63,911 nt of DNA, filler included, from 8 parts of 8 records of this genome joined end to end with filler, not necessarily neighbours in it, one strand, 5' to 3'; positions 10,817 through 21,476 are shown, numbered from the whole stretch's first letter. The notes: generated from the sequence alone by a model not told the origin. Made by a program: numbers and translations.

Positions 10817-11067
10817 GCAAACATGAGAAAATTGTTGCTTTTCCAGGAGTTCACAGTTGGTGAATTCCTGAATTTATTGAGGTCGTCAACCATATTAGAT
10901 ATAAATCACACTCTTGCGATATTTTAGATTCCATACAACATGAAACTTGCATTCCCATACAGTGTGGCTTAAACTTTTATAATTGTTCATTGATATCCTT
11001 CCTTTCTGTAATCTTTGAGCGGGTCACGGGGGAAGGATTTCGTCTATTCTCGGAATTGTCAAACTTC

Positions 11068-11099
11068 GTGAGTCCCCCCTGCAAAGCCGGGGGCTTACC
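11068..11099. repeat. Solo GC-rich hairpin resembling an IS200/IS605-family end
   Basis: GTGAGTCCCCCCTGCAAAGCCGGGGGCTTACC; no transposase adjacent. Confidence 0.5.
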
Positions 11100-11203
11100 G
11101 AGTATTAGTAACGTATACGGGTAGGAGTCATGACTGTTTTTGTTCCATTTGGGCGAACTTTTTAGAAAAAGCTGCTTAAACCCGACAGTATTGATTTGAG
11201 CAC

Positions 11204-11982
11204 TTGGAGGATTACATGATCACGCCTCTTGAATACCACCTTTCCATCGAACCGAATCTTGACCATTTCACTTTCCTGGGTAAAATGACGTTGAATGCCC
11301 GTGCGGATGAACCGATAGAGACCATTGTTCTCGATTGCGCGGAACTTGCCATCTGGTGGTGCCGTCTAAAGCCGGAAACGAACGAAGATAAAGAAGAGGA
11401 CTGCCGGTTCACACTGGACCCTTTGGAAGAAGCTCTCACCGTCCACCTGCCCGGACCACGGATCGGCCCTCTGGAACTTACCGTCAGCTATGCGGGACAA
11501 ATCAACGACCGTATGGCAGGGTTTTACAGAAGCCGGATACAAACCGGCACCGAACCGGACCACATTGCCGTCACCCAGTTTCAGGAAAGCGATGCTCGTA
11601 GGGCCTTTCCCTGCATGGACCATCCGGCGAGAAAAGCGGTTTTCTCTATCTCCATGATAATCGGGAAAGAGCTGACCGCCATCTCCAATACGGACATTGC
11701 TGCGGAAACCGATCTGGACGACGGGCGAAGGAAAATTGATTTTCAGCCCACGCCCAAAATGTCCACGTACCTTTTATTCTTCGGTGTGGGGCCGTTCGAA
11801 ATTCATACGGACGATATCGACCCTCGGGTACGGGCCGTCTGCCTGCCAGGAATGGGGACCCAGACGCTGTTTGGCAGGGAATTCGGACGCAAAGCCCTGG
11901 CATATGGGGAAGAATACTATGCCATCGACTATCCCCTAAGCAAGATGGACCTCATCGCCGTCCCCGATTTTGCCTTCGGTGC
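11204..11982 (+). CDS. M1 family aminopeptidase (3' truncated)
   Basis: GFYRS, VTQFQESDARRAFPCMDHP..KAVF, TPKMSTYL, YPLSKMDLIAVPDFAFG(A), breaking just at the GAMEN motif. Confidence 0.92.
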
Positions 11983-12082
11983 NNNNNNNNNNNNNNNNNN
12001 NNNNNNNNNNNNNNNNNNNNNNNNNNTTAATTAATTAANNNNNNNNNNNNNNNNNNNNNNNNNNNNNNNNNNNNNNNNNNNN
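11983..12082. other. Artificial contig spacer
   Basis: N run with TTAATTAATTAA. Confidence 0.98.
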
Positions 12083-12628
12083 ATATTTATCCATTACAGC
12101 AAAATCCATTCTCTTATTTGATAATTTTCTGATATTTAATAAATCATTAACAGCCATATCTTTTCTATAGGCATTTGATTTATCAAACATATCATCGTAG
12201 ACTCTACCTCTAACCATACCAATCTTTTTCCCGGATAATTCTTTTAAAAATCCACTTGGATTATCCAAATAACTATTTTGGAAATTAAAATTATAATCTT
12301 TTCTTTTAAGTATACCAATTGTACTTCCAGGCATCGGATCTGAGAAAATCAGATTTCTTTCACCACTTTTACTTTTATAAACAGGAAGAACTCCGTCAGC
12401 TTGACCTTTTTCAGCCATAGATAAACTTCTTGCTTCAGGGAAGAAATTAATCTTCACATCATAACCTTGTTTTTTAAAAGCTTCTGTTACTATCTCTGCA
12501 ACATACCCACCATTTTCTAAATTTTCACCAATATACGGTATTCTCTCTGTAGTGGTAAAAACTACTGTTTTGGAAAAAGTTACTACAGATAAAACCAACA
12601 TAACAACTACTAATTTAATTCCTTTCAT
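12083..12628 (-). CDS. Periplasmic solute-binding protein (family 3-like), 3' truncated
   Basis: ATG at 12628 with GAGGAGG RBS; signal peptide; PY..GGYVAEIVTEAF..FPEARSL..G.ADG..IGMVRG. Confidence 0.8.
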
Positions 12629-12865
12629 TATTTCCTCCTCAATATTGAGGCTGACTAAAAAGAACATTTTTTTAATACCCTTAAAACATTTTAGAAAACC
12701 ATATAAACTGAACTCATTAGTCCGCCACTTATTTATCCAGATAAAATTCACCTGAAAAATTTAAAGTCCCGCCTAATTTTCTAATTTGTAAAAAGTTAGT
12801 ACTTCTTACACAGAAATCAAATGTCAGCGAAACCTTATAGTAAAGTATTTATGAATTTATTTTTT

Positions 12866-12983
12866 GCTTAGAGGCTGAATTATATAAACATACACTCAAC
12901 ACCAAATCAAAGAAAAAACAAAAGTTTTCATCACGTTCAAGAAATAAATCTATTGCGAACAAAGAACTCTTCAGCCTCTAAGC
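12866..12983. mobile_element. Putative MITE with perfect 14-bp terminal inverted repeats
   Basis: GCTTAGAGGCTGAA (12866-12879) and TTCAGCCTCTAAGC (12970-12983) enclose about 90 nt of non-coding AT-rich DNA. Confidence 0.55.
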
Positions 12984-13019
12984 TCTATCAAGATAAACCT
13001 AATAGATTAGTTAGGAAAC

Positions 13020-14156
13020 TTAATTATATGCAGCTGCAATTTTACCAATTACATCTTGATTTTCAAGCATTGTAATCTCTTCAATTGCTTTAGTAAAATC
13101 AAGCTTAGTTAATTTTTCTTCTAACTCTATAGCTTGATCATCAGAAGAATTTTTATATCTAAGCGCAGCTACTATACCTTTAATAAGGTTATTGTTAGGA
13201 GTATCATACTCTAAAGTTCCTCTTAAAGGTTTTATTAATCTGTCGTTATAACCCAATTTTCTAAGCGGTTGTCTTCCAACTCTGCTTACTTCATCCTTTA
13301 AATAAGGATTTTTAAATCTTTTTATAATTTTTTCAATATATGCATAATGTTTTTCCCTATCAAAATCATATCTTTTGATAAGTACTTCTCCACTTTCTTT
13401 CATCGCGTCTTTTACAGTAGTTGCAATTTCATCATCTTCGATACTCTCTTTGATAGTGTCATATCCTTTTTGAACACCTAAGTATGCAGTTATTGCATGT
13501 CCTGTATTTAATGTAAATAATTTTCTTTCAACAAATGCCATTAAGTTATCTGTTAATTGCATTCCTTCTATTTTAGGAATATCTCCTTTAAATAAATCTT
13601 CCTGCACAATCCACTCTTTAAACTCTTCTACTCTTACTCTTAAAACATCTCCTGTTTCTTCCATTGGCGGTACGATTCTATCGACTGCTGAATTAGGGAA
13701 TCCAACATATTTGCTCATTTGAACAAGTCCTTCTTGAGAGATATGGTTTTCTACTTCTTCTTTTAAGAAAGTTGAACCGTTAATCATATTCTCACAAGCT
13801 ATTATATTTAAATTTTCTGTATTTCCATTTTCAAATCTTTTTTCTAAACCTTTTGCAAGAGTTTTAGAAATGATTGAAAGCACTGTAGGTCCTACAGCTG
13901 TAGTAATGATGTCAGCCTTCGAAATTATAGTTAAAAGTTTTTCATCATTTGATAAAATTCCATTAACGTTATCTACAACAATTTCCTCTTTATTATCTCC
14001 AACTACTTCAACTACATATTCATTTTTAGTTTTTAATTCACTTATAATTTCCTCATTTACATCTACAAAGTAAACTTTGTATCCAGACTGAGATAATAGT
14101 TTTCCTATAAATCCTCTTCCTATATTTCCCGCTCCAAATTGAATAGCTACCTTCAT
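13020..14156 (-). CDS. mtlD: Mannitol-1-phosphate 5-dehydrogenase
   Basis: FGAGNIGRGFIG, IACENM, SAVDRIVP, ERKLFTLNTGHA, RVGRQPLRKL. Confidence 0.97.
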   Translation of the reverse strand: MKVAIQFGAGNIGRGFIGKLLSQSGYKVYFVDVNEEIISELKTKNEYVVEVVGDNKEEIVVDNVNGILSNDEKLLTIISKADIITTAVGPTVLSIISKTLAKGLEKRFENGNTENLNIIACENMINGSTFLKEEVENHISQEGLVQMSKYVGFPNSAVDRIVPPMEETGDVLRVRVEEFKEWIVQEDLFKGDIPKIEGMQLTDNLMAFVERKLFTLNTGHAITAYLGVQKGYDTIKESIEDDEIATTVKDAMKESGEVLIKRYDFDREKHYAYIEKIIKRFKNPYLKDEVSRVGRQPLRKLGYNDRLIKPLRGTLEYDTPNNNLIKGIVAALRYKNSSDDQAIELEEKLTKLDFTKAIEEITMLENQDVIGKIAAAYN

Positions 14157-14259
14157 ATTCCTAACTCTCCTTTATATTATACTTCTTTGAACCACACTCC
14201 TCTCCAAGTTATTGAAGAGGATATGTGGTTAATAAGATTAATTTAGGCCATCGTGATTA

Positions 14260-14748
14260 TTAAAGTGAAAATCTATTAAAGATTTCATCTCTATCTGTTG
14301 TTTTTGCTAACATTTCAACAATGTCTTCATCTTCTATAACATCTGCGATATTTGATATAATATCTACATGTTCATTATTTTTCCCGGCAATTCCTATTAA
14401 TATATATGCTATATTCCCGTCACCGAAATCAACACCGTCAGGATATTGATTAATTACGATTCCACTTCTTTTAACTTGCGCTTTTCCTTCAAGAGTTCCG
14501 TGAGGAATGGCTACATTGTTTCCAATAAATGTTGTTGATTTAACTTCTCTTTCAAGCATATACTCATAGTATTGTTCTCCAACATAATTCATTCTCGCCA
14601 TTTGAAGACCGATATTCTTAATTGCGTCTTCTTTTGATACTGAAGTCAGACCTAAGATAATTCCATCTCTTGATAAAATTTCTTCAGCTGCTGCAGATAC
14701 TTCCTCAACTTCTACTTTCTCTTCTTTTACAGGAGAAGCGCTAACTAC
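14260..14748 (-). CDS. mtlF: PTS mannitol EIIA domain plus linker, in the -1 frame relative to mtlA
   Basis: STTFIGNNVAIPHG phospho-His motif. The frame is open back to the A9 tract (VVSASPVKEEKVEVEEVSAAAEEILSRDGIILG) with no obvious start/RBS ahead of the domain. Confidence 0.85.
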   Translation of the reverse strand, partial: VVSASPVKEEKVEVEEVSAAAEEILSRDGIILGLTSVSKEDAIKNIGLQMARMNYVGEQYYEYMLEREVKSTTFIGNNVAIPHGTLEGKAQVKRSGIVINQYPDGVDFGDGNIAYILIGIAGKNNEHVDIISNIADVIEDEDIVEMLAKTTDRDEIFNRFSL

Positions 14749-16163
14749 TTTTTTTTTAATTGATCGATTAAGTTATCGTAGAAAGCTCCATCCATAAAGT
14801 TACCAATTGATAAATGTACTGGATTGCTTACAACATTTTTAGCTCTTTGAGTAAGATCTTTATGTGTGATTACCACATCAATATCTTCTGTCAAGTTGTT
14901 GATTGCTAAGTTTGTTACTTCAATATTTAATCCTGCTGCTTTAACTTTCTTTCTAAGAAGTCCTGCACCCATCGCACTTGATCCCATTCCAGCATCACAT
15001 GCTACGATGATTTTATTAACTTTTCCTAATTCTGCAACTGATTGAGCTGAAGCTGCATCTGATTTTTTATTTTTCATAGTTTTCATTTGTTCTTGTGCTG
15101 CATCTAAATCTTGATCAACTGCACTTTCTTTTTGAAGGATAACCATCGCTACTAAACAAGATACTACTGTTGATACTAATACTGCTGCTAAAGTTGCTAT
15201 AAATCCACCTTTTGGAGTCATTGCTAATAAAGCGAAGATACTTCCTGGTGATGGAGGTGCTATAAGTCCGCCACCTAAGATAACATTTGTAAATACTCCT
15301 GACATTCCACCTAAGATTGCTGCTATAAGTAAGAACGGATTCATTAATACATATGGGAAATAAATTTCATGAATTCCTCCGAAGAAATGGATGATTGCCG
15401 CACCAGGTGCTGATTTTTTAGCCATTCCTTTACCAAATAACATGTAAGCTAATAAGATTCCTAATCCAGGCCCAGGGTTTGTTTCTATTGTAAAGAATAG
15501 TGATTTCCCTAATTCTGCTGATTCTTGAATTCCAAGTGGTGAGAATACACCATGGTTAATTGCATTATTTAAGAATAAGATTTTTGCTGGTTCAACTACT
15601 AATGAAGTTAAAGGTAATAAATTCATTTCAACTAAAGTTTTAACTGCATTTCCCAGTCCTGCGTTTAACGCTTCAACTACTGGTCCAATAACTTTGAAGA
15701 ATAACATCGCTAAGATCATACCGATGATACCTGCTGAGAAGTTGTTAACTAACATTTCAAATCCAGATTTTACTTTTCCGTGGATAGCTTGATCGAACTT
15801 TTTAATTGCAAGTCCACCAATAGGTCCTGCGATCATCGCACCCATGAACATTGGTATTCCAGTTCCGATAATAACACCTGCTGTTGCGATTGCTCCAACT
15901 ACTGCTCCTCTTTCTCCACCAACTAATTTTCCACCTGTGTAACCGATTAATAATGGTAATAAATGCGTAATCATTGGTCCGACAAGTTTTACGAAGTCTT
16001 CGTTAGGTGTCCATCCTGTTGGAATAAATAATGCTGTGATAAATCCCCAAGCTATGAATGCTCCGATATTCGGCATTACCATTGCACTTAGAAATCTTCC
16101 AAAAGCCTGTACCTTAACTTTAACACTTTGGTCGTTTTGTTGACCTGCTACTGATCCGTTCAT
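14745..16163 (-). CDS. mtlA: PTS mannitol transporter EIICB
   Basis: GRFLSAMVMPNIGAFIAWG, FLNNAINHG, FGGIHEIYFPY, EIIB motif ACDAGMGSSAMGA. Confidence 0.97.
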   Translation of the reverse strand: MNGSVAGQQNDQSVKVKVQAFGRFLSAMVMPNIGAFIAWGFITALFIPTGWTPNEDFVKLVGPMITHLLPLLIGYTGGKLVGGERGAVVGAIATAGVIIGTGIPMFMGAMIAGPIGGLAIKKFDQAIHGKVKSGFEMLVNNFSAGIIGMILAMLFFKVIGPVVEALNAGLGNAVKTLVEMNLLPLTSLVVEPAKILFLNNAINHGVFSPLGIQESAELGKSLFFTIETNPGPGLGILLAYMLFGKGMAKKSAPGAAIIHFFGGIHEIYFPYVLMNPFLLIAAILGGMSGVFTNVILGGGLIAPPSPGSIFALLAMTPKGGFIATLAAVLVSTVVSCLVAMVILQKESAVDQDLDAAQEQMKTMKNKKSDAASAQSVAELGKVNKIIVACDAGMGSSAMGAGLLRKKVKAAGLNIEVTNLAINNLTEDIDVVITHKDLTQRAKNVVSNPVHLSIGNFMDGAFYDNLIDQLKKK

Positions 16164-16733
16164 TTAATAATTCCTCCTTAATTTAATTAATAACATTTTG
16201 ATTAGAACCTTTAAACTTTCATTTGAACTTTTCGTTCCGTCCTTCTTTGTACACTAATTATACTTTTTCCGGATGAAACGTTCAATGTTCAAACAATTCA
16301 ATTTGTTGTGAAATAGTTTTATTCGAAAAAACTCGAATCAAGGAATTTCATTTTTTTTTGAAATTAATTATCTTAAACTGCATAATTCTTCTTGCACCCT
16401 CATCAGGCTTTAATTTCATTGACTTTCAGAACTATAGAATTTTTGAAGGATATTTAGTTTCAAAAAATAGAAAAAACAAAGCTTTTCAAATTTGAAAAAC
16501 TCTGTTTTTTTAATAAAAAAACTATTAATTGTTTTGAAAAAATTTCTTTTTTTTCTTTTTTTTTACTGTAATTTTAGTTATAATTCTAACTTTTTTCAAA
16601 AAATAAGAACGATTCCCTAGGGATTGGGAACCGTTTTTAAAACATCATCTATAGGAATGTAGAAACTATAAACGTTTCTACGGTTAGGAAGCTTAATTAT
16701 TATCTAGTTTCTTCTTAAAACAATAATTATATA

Positions 16734-17174
16734 TTATTGCTTCATTGGTCCTTGACCTCTTTCAGGTCCACCTTCCGGTACAAATAAACCTTCTACTGTT
16801 TTTTTATAAGTTTTATATTGAGCACTTGTTAATAGTGGTTCTATCTTTTCGTCTCTTGCTTTTATGAACACTTCCATCTCTTCTTTTTGAGGTGGTCTAT
16901 TAGAGCCTTCCATTTTAGCTTTAAACTCTTGTTCAAAATCTGCTAATATAACTTCAACTTTTGATTTAACTTCTGAACTTAAGTTTAAACCTGCATAAAA
17001 GTCCTCTTCAGATATTTTTTCAAATTCAGGATGTTGCATTCCTCCACCCATTTGACCTTGTTCCATTCTTCCGCCACCCTGAGCTCCCATTCCATCTCTC
17101 TCTGATGCACTTGAACATGCTGTTACCACCAAAGCTGCTAATACTACTAATGCTGTTTTTAATAAATTTTTCAT
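16734..17174 (-). CDS. Hypothetical lipoprotein
   Basis: Lipobox VTAC after a hydrophobic signal; Gly/Met-rich N-terminus and helical body. Confidence 0.7.
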   Translation of the reverse strand: MKNLLKTALVVLAALVVTACSSASERDGMGAQGGGRMEQGQMGGGMQHPEFEKISEEDFYAGLNLSSEVKSKVEVILADFEQEFKAKMEGSNRPPQKEEMEVFIKARDEKIEPLLTSAQYKTYKKTVEGLFVPEGGPERGQGPMKQ

Positions 17175-17200
17175 TATTTTCTCTCCTTCTTTTTAATAAG

Positions 17201-17428
17201 TTAATTATTAGTTTTCTCTTTTTCCTCTACTTTAATAACTGAATCCACTTCTTCATCTGCTATTTTTACAAATTCATCTTTGATTTTTACAAGTTCATCA
17301 CATGATTTTTTTGCATCTTTATATAGATTACCTGCTTTCCTTAAGAAATAAGGTAACTCTTCTGGTTTTATTATCATTAAACATACAAAAACAATTACTA
17401 CTATTTCAATCAAACCTAATCTAAACAT
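17201..17428 (-). CDS. tatB: TatB-like Tat translocase subunit
   Basis: MFRLGLIEIVVI..IIKPEELP followed by an amphipathic helix; adjacent to tatC. Confidence 0.75.
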   Translation of the reverse strand: MFRLGLIEIVVIVFVCLMIIKPEELPYFLRKAGNLYKDAKKSCDELVKIKDEFVKIADEEVDSVIKVEEKEKTNN

Positions 17429-17430
17429 AT

Positions 17431-18174
17431 CTATTCTCCAAACTTAAAAAGTTTTGCAATTAAAATCGCTATAAAATAAAGTAGTACTAACGGCAAAGCT
17501 AAACCAACCTGACTTACTACATCAGGCGGAGTAACTACAGCTGATAAAATAAATATTCCTACAACAACATAACGACTTGCTTTCAGAGCTGCTTTTCTTT
17601 TAATAATGTTAAACGCCATTAGAATCACAAATAGTATTGGAGTCTGAAATGCTACTATTGAGCAAAATACAAAATTCAAGGCATAAAACAAGTTTTTATT
17701 ATAATTAAGAAGTAAACCTACATCATCAGGTATAAATCCTCCGTTACTTAAAAATGAAATCGAAATAGGAAGTATCTTAAAATAAGACAAGTATGTACTT
17801 ACTATTATTAATATAAAACTTGATATCAATACTGCTATTATCCACTTTTTTTCTTTGGCTTTCAGTGCCGGAAAAATAAACGCTACTATATTATATAGGT
17901 GAAGAGGCATAGAAAACAGCATTCCCATAACAAAGGATATCTTTAATTTAGTTGTCATCCCTTCCACGATAGAGTTAACAAACAGTTTGTTTTCTCCATT
18001 AGCAGAAACAGATGAATAAAACTTAATAAATAGATCTGCTATGTATTCATACAGAGCAAAAGATAAAATTGCAAATACAATAAAAGCAATTGATGAAATC
18101 ATTAATCTCTTTCTTAATTCCCTAATATGTTCTATAATATGCATCTGTTTATCATTTGCCACGTAAGTACTCAT
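17431..18174 (-). CDS. tatC: Tat translocase subunit TatC
   Basis: EHIRELRKRL, FIFPAL, AFQTP, SAVVTPPDVVSQ. Confidence 0.95.
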   Translation of the reverse strand: MSTYVANDKQMHIIEHIRELRKRLMISSIAFIVFAILSFALYEYIADLFIKFYSSVSANGENKLFVNSIVEGMTTKLKISFVMGMLFSMPLHLYNIVAFIFPALKAKEKKWIIAVLISSFILIIVSTYLSYFKILPISISFLSNGGFIPDDVGLLLNYNKNLFYALNFVFCSIVAFQTPILFVILMAFNIIKRKAALKASRYVVVGIFILSAVVTPPDVVSQVGLALPLVLLYFIAILIAKLFKFGE

Positions 18175-18178
18175 TTTA

Positions 18179-18334
18179 TTACACCTTATCTTTCTCCAAT
18201 TCTGAATCTTCTTTTACAGCTTTGTCAAACTCTCTTCTAGCTTCACCTACTGATTTAGCTAATTTTGGTATCGTTGATGCTCCGAATAGAAGCACTACTA
18301 TTAATAAAACAATCATTAATTCTGTTGAACCCAT
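18179..18334 (-). CDS. tatA: Tat translocase subunit TatA (51 aa, not in the ORF track)
   Basis: MGSTELMIVLLIVVLLFGASTIPKLAKSVGEARREFDKAVKE..; AGGAGG RBS. Confidence 0.92.
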   Translation of the reverse strand: MGSTELMIVLLIVVLLFGASTIPKLAKSVGEARREFDKAVKEDSELEKDKV

Positions 18335-18474
18335 TATTTTCTTCCTCCTTTTTTCCTAAAGACTAAGACCGCGACTTTCGCAAAAGATTTTCTTCTATAT
18401 CAAATTAACTTCTCTTTAATTACAACTAGAATCTTTAATTTTATCGATCGAACGTAAGGTTCGCGCAGTTTGCC

Positions 18475-18574
18475 NNNNNNNNNNNNNNNNNNNNNNNNNN
18501 NNNNNNNNNNNNNNNNNNTTAATTAATTAANNNNNNNNNNNNNNNNNNNNNNNNNNNNNNNNNNNNNNNNNNNN
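18475..18574. other. Artificial contig spacer
   Basis: N run with TTAATTAATTAA. Confidence 0.98.
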
Positions 18575-18647
18575 ATGATTTTTGCAGCCATTTGTGAGTT
18601 CTTTAACCTCAAGAGATAAACAGGCTCTAGACTTAGATCTTTTAATT

Positions 18648-19751
18648 CTATGCGCTTGCCGCTCGCATAATATCCAGAGTAAAACTGCTTGAGCCTAATT
18701 TACCTAAGGATAACTGGCACCCTCCATGAATGAGCAGATCTTTGGTAATGAAGTTTTTCAGACAATTCTCACCCAAATTGTCTCCTGCGGCGATATGTTG
18801 AGTCATATAGCCATTCGACCATTGGCTATCCAAACCCGCCGGGAGTATCGACAAAGTGCCATCAGTAAGATCTGCCACCCCGAACAGTGCAGATACTGGT
18901 TTTGCACAAGGGGAACAGTCGATGCCCTTTTCCAAGATGTCAGCGAGATCTTTCAAATCAGCACTGAAGTTACGTAAGTTCCGCAAATAATCATGAAACA
19001 ACGCTCTGACTAACAACGTACTGGCGACGTTATCCTGATTTTGACTCGCAGAGTCCACCACGTAAAACGCAAACTGACCATTCATCAGCCAAGCATAGTC
19101 AAAAACTAATGGCATAGTTTCTGTCGATTGCAGTAAACGATAACTGCATCTCCACACGCCCTGTGTCGTGTCGTTATCAGGGAGTAAGGCGTGAAGCAAA
19201 TCTCTCGCCGCATTCGGATTACTGCTTAAGAAGTTTAAATGCCAATGCAATTCTTGCTCTTCTGGCACATCCCCACCACCATCTACTCGGAACCATTGGC
19301 TTGAGAAATCACGTTGGTCAGAAATATGATTAGAAGAATCTTCTAAAGTACTTTCAATAGCGCAGCCCAAATGTTCATGATTACCAATTGGTTTTGCTAA
19401 AAAATCTTTAATACCAAACCTAAGCGCTTTCGCGACATCGGCCATTTCATCGGTTGCAGAAACGACGATCATGGGCAACGAAGGATATTCAAGGCTTACT
19501 TCTTCAACAAACTCAATCCCGTCTAATACCGGCATTGATAGGTCGCAGACGACCAAATCTGGCTCTGATGAACGCAATTTTTTAAGCCCATCTAACCCAT
19601 TTTCAGCTTCTAGAACGTCATAACCCTGAGCGGCTAAGTAGCCACGAGTCAGCCTTCTAAAGATGGGATCATCATCAACCAACATAATTAACTTTTTATG
19701 CATCAATTCCGGCATTGATTGTGGTTTCACTCTGACATGAGTCTTGTACAT
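18648..19751 (-). CDS. Response regulator, RssB-like (REC plus degenerate PP2C-like domain)
   Basis: LVDDD..VCDLSMP..KDFLAKP receiver domain; RssB-like C-terminus; start uncertain. Confidence 0.82.
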   Translation of the reverse strand: MYKTHVRVKPQSMPELMHKKLIMLVDDDPIFRRLTRGYLAAQGYDVLEAENGLDGLKKLRSSEPDLVVCDLSMPVLDGIEFVEEVSLEYPSLPMIVVSATDEMADVAKALRFGIKDFLAKPIGNHEHLGCAIESTLEDSSNHISDQRDFSSQWFRVDGGGDVPEEQELHWHLNFLSSNPNAARDLLHALLPDNDTTQGVWRCSYRLLQSTETMPLVFDYAWLMNGQFAFYVVDSASQNQDNVASTLLVRALFHDYLRNLRNFSADLKDLADILEKGIDCSPCAKPVSALFGVADLTDGTLSILPAGLDSQWSNGYMTQHIAAGDNLGENCLKNFITKDLLIHGGCQLSLGKLGSSSFTLDIMRAASA

Positions 19752-20019
19752 AGCTTAACCTCACTATGTCATAGTCGTTCGCGCTGACACTCTGTTCAAG
19801 GCGGGTTTATTTACTAATTAAAAAGTAGTCAGTAAATACTGTTTATACAAATATTCCGTTGTTTCACCTGATTGCATACTATATATACACATATGCCCTT
19901 CCACACTTAAGATACGGGGTGACAATGAGCGAAATCGTCAAACAAGTTGACATGACGCAACCTTTACTTTCTGATATCCATATAATTTAGTGACTTCGTA
20001 ACAAAATGTGCCAGGAAAA

Positions 20020-20895
20020 ATGAAATTAGACGATCTCAATCTCTTTCGACTTGTAGTCGAAAATGGCAGTTATACAGCGACTTCTCGCAAAACGATGATT
20101 CCTGTTGCAACCATAACCCGAAGAATTCAAGCATTAGAAGATTCGCTTAATTTAAGGCTGTTGAATCGCCATGCGCGTAAACTGTCTTTAACCGAGGCGG
20201 GAGAACGCTTTTTCAGTGATTGTTCTCCGCTACTGCAACGTTTGTCTTCAATGGCTGAAGAGATTACCGACGAGTGTCGTGGCGCTTCGGGTAAACTGAA
20301 AATTTCATCGCCGTCTAACTTAACTAAACGCCTGATGATGCCGATGTTCAACGAGTTCATGAAGCAGTATCCGGAAATCAGTCTTGAACTCACCACCAGT
20401 AATCAAGCTGACCAACTCGATCCTACAGAGTGGGACGTCATATTCAGAATTGGTCCACAACGCGATTCAAGTTTAATCGCGCGAAAAATCAGTGAAGTTA
20501 AAGACATCTTAGTGGCAAGTCCTGGTTACTTAGCGAAGAACCCTGCCCCAAAACATGCAGAAGAGTTAAGCCATCATTCGTTGCTGAAAGGTCATCCGCT
20601 GATCAAATGGCAACTGACCAACAACGAAGGTGAGACCGTCGTAAACCTAGATAAAGGACGCTTTCAAGCCAATACCCTAAACGTGGTACGCAGTGCCTGC
20701 TCTGAAGGGTTAGGGATCACTTTGATGCCAGATGTTATGCTCAATGAGTTTATTGAAGATGGCAGCTTGGTAAGAGTATTGAGTGAGTGGAGTGCGAACC
20801 CTCGTGATATTTATATGCTTTATAACCACAAAGATCATTTACCAGAAAAAGTCCGTCTGTTTATCGATTTCGTGATCGCATACCACATCCAGTAA
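20020..20895 (+). CDS. LysR family transcriptional regulator
   Basis: N-terminal HTH (LDDLNLF..TRRIQALEDSL..LLNRHARKLSLTEAG) and PBP2 C-terminus ending PEKVRLFIDF. Confidence 0.93.
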   Translation: MKLDDLNLFRLVVENGSYTATSRKTMIPVATITRRIQALEDSLNLRLLNRHARKLSLTEAGERFFSDCSPLLQRLSSMAEEITDECRGASGKLKISSPSNLTKRLMMPMFNEFMKQYPEISLELTTSNQADQLDPTEWDVIFRIGPQRDSSLIARKISEVKDILVASPGYLAKNPAPKHAEELSHHSLLKGHPLIKWQLTNNEGETVVNLDKGRFQANTLNVVRSACSEGLGITLMPDVMLNEFIEDGSLVRVLSEWSANPRDIYMLYNHKDHLPEKVRLFIDFVIAYHIQ

Positions 20896-20919
20896 AAAGG
20901 GCCGTTTGGCCCCTTTTTT
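20896..20919. terminator. Bidirectional intrinsic terminator
   Basis: AAAAGGGCC-GTTT-GGCCCCTTTTTT between convergent genes. Confidence 0.75.
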
Positions 20920-20927
20920 ACTGTGCT

Positions 20928-21476
20928 TTACATAAATTCGATGAACTTACTCAACTCTCGCTCGGGCACTTTCATTGAAGAACCTTCTGGCGTTCCGAGA
21001 TAAAGAAATCCAACAATATGGTCCTCACCTTGCAAATTGAATGCTTGCCTAACGTAAGGGTGGAACATCAAGTTCCCTGAACGCCATATGCCCTGAAAGC
21101 CTTGCGCCACCGCCGCCATTTGCATCGCCTGAACGGCACAACCAGCTGACAGATGCTGTTCAAATGCTGGAACTTTTTCATGCTCAGTGACCTTGGCGAT
21201 CACGGTAATAACCATCGGTGCGCGATACGGTGCGTTCTTCATTTTTTCTATTAGCGCTTCATCACTGTTATCAGCCTGAGCCGCACCCGCCAAGATATCC
21301 GCTAACTTATGCAAGCCACTTCCCTGAGATATCACAAATCGCCACGGAGTCAGGTTGGCATGATCAGGTGCACGCAGACCGGCTCTGATAATATTTTCTA
21401 AAGCTTTACCTTCCGGAGCTGGAGCTGCCAACTTAGCCATCGAGCGTCGGTTTAGCAGTAGTTCAAGTGCATCCAT
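20928..21476 (-). CDS. ydjA: NAD(P)H nitroreductase (YdjA-like)
   Basis: MDALELLLNRRS, RAPDHANLTPWRF, GIWRSG, GFLYLGTP. Confidence 0.88.
   Translation of the reverse strand: MDALELLLNRRSMAKLAAPAPEGKALENIIRAGLRAPDHANLTPWRFVISQGSGLHKLADILAGAAQADNSDEALIEKMKNAPYRAPMVITVIAKVTEHEKVPAFEQHLSAGCAVQAMQMAAVAQGFQGIWRSGNLMFHPYVRQAFNLQGEDHIVGFLYLGTPEGSSMKVPERELSKFIEFM

Noticed and set aside
18363-18474. Possible inverted-repeat element upstream of tatA (AGACCGCG..CGCAGTTT)
   Set aside because: Complementarity is weak and the sequence is cut by the contig end.
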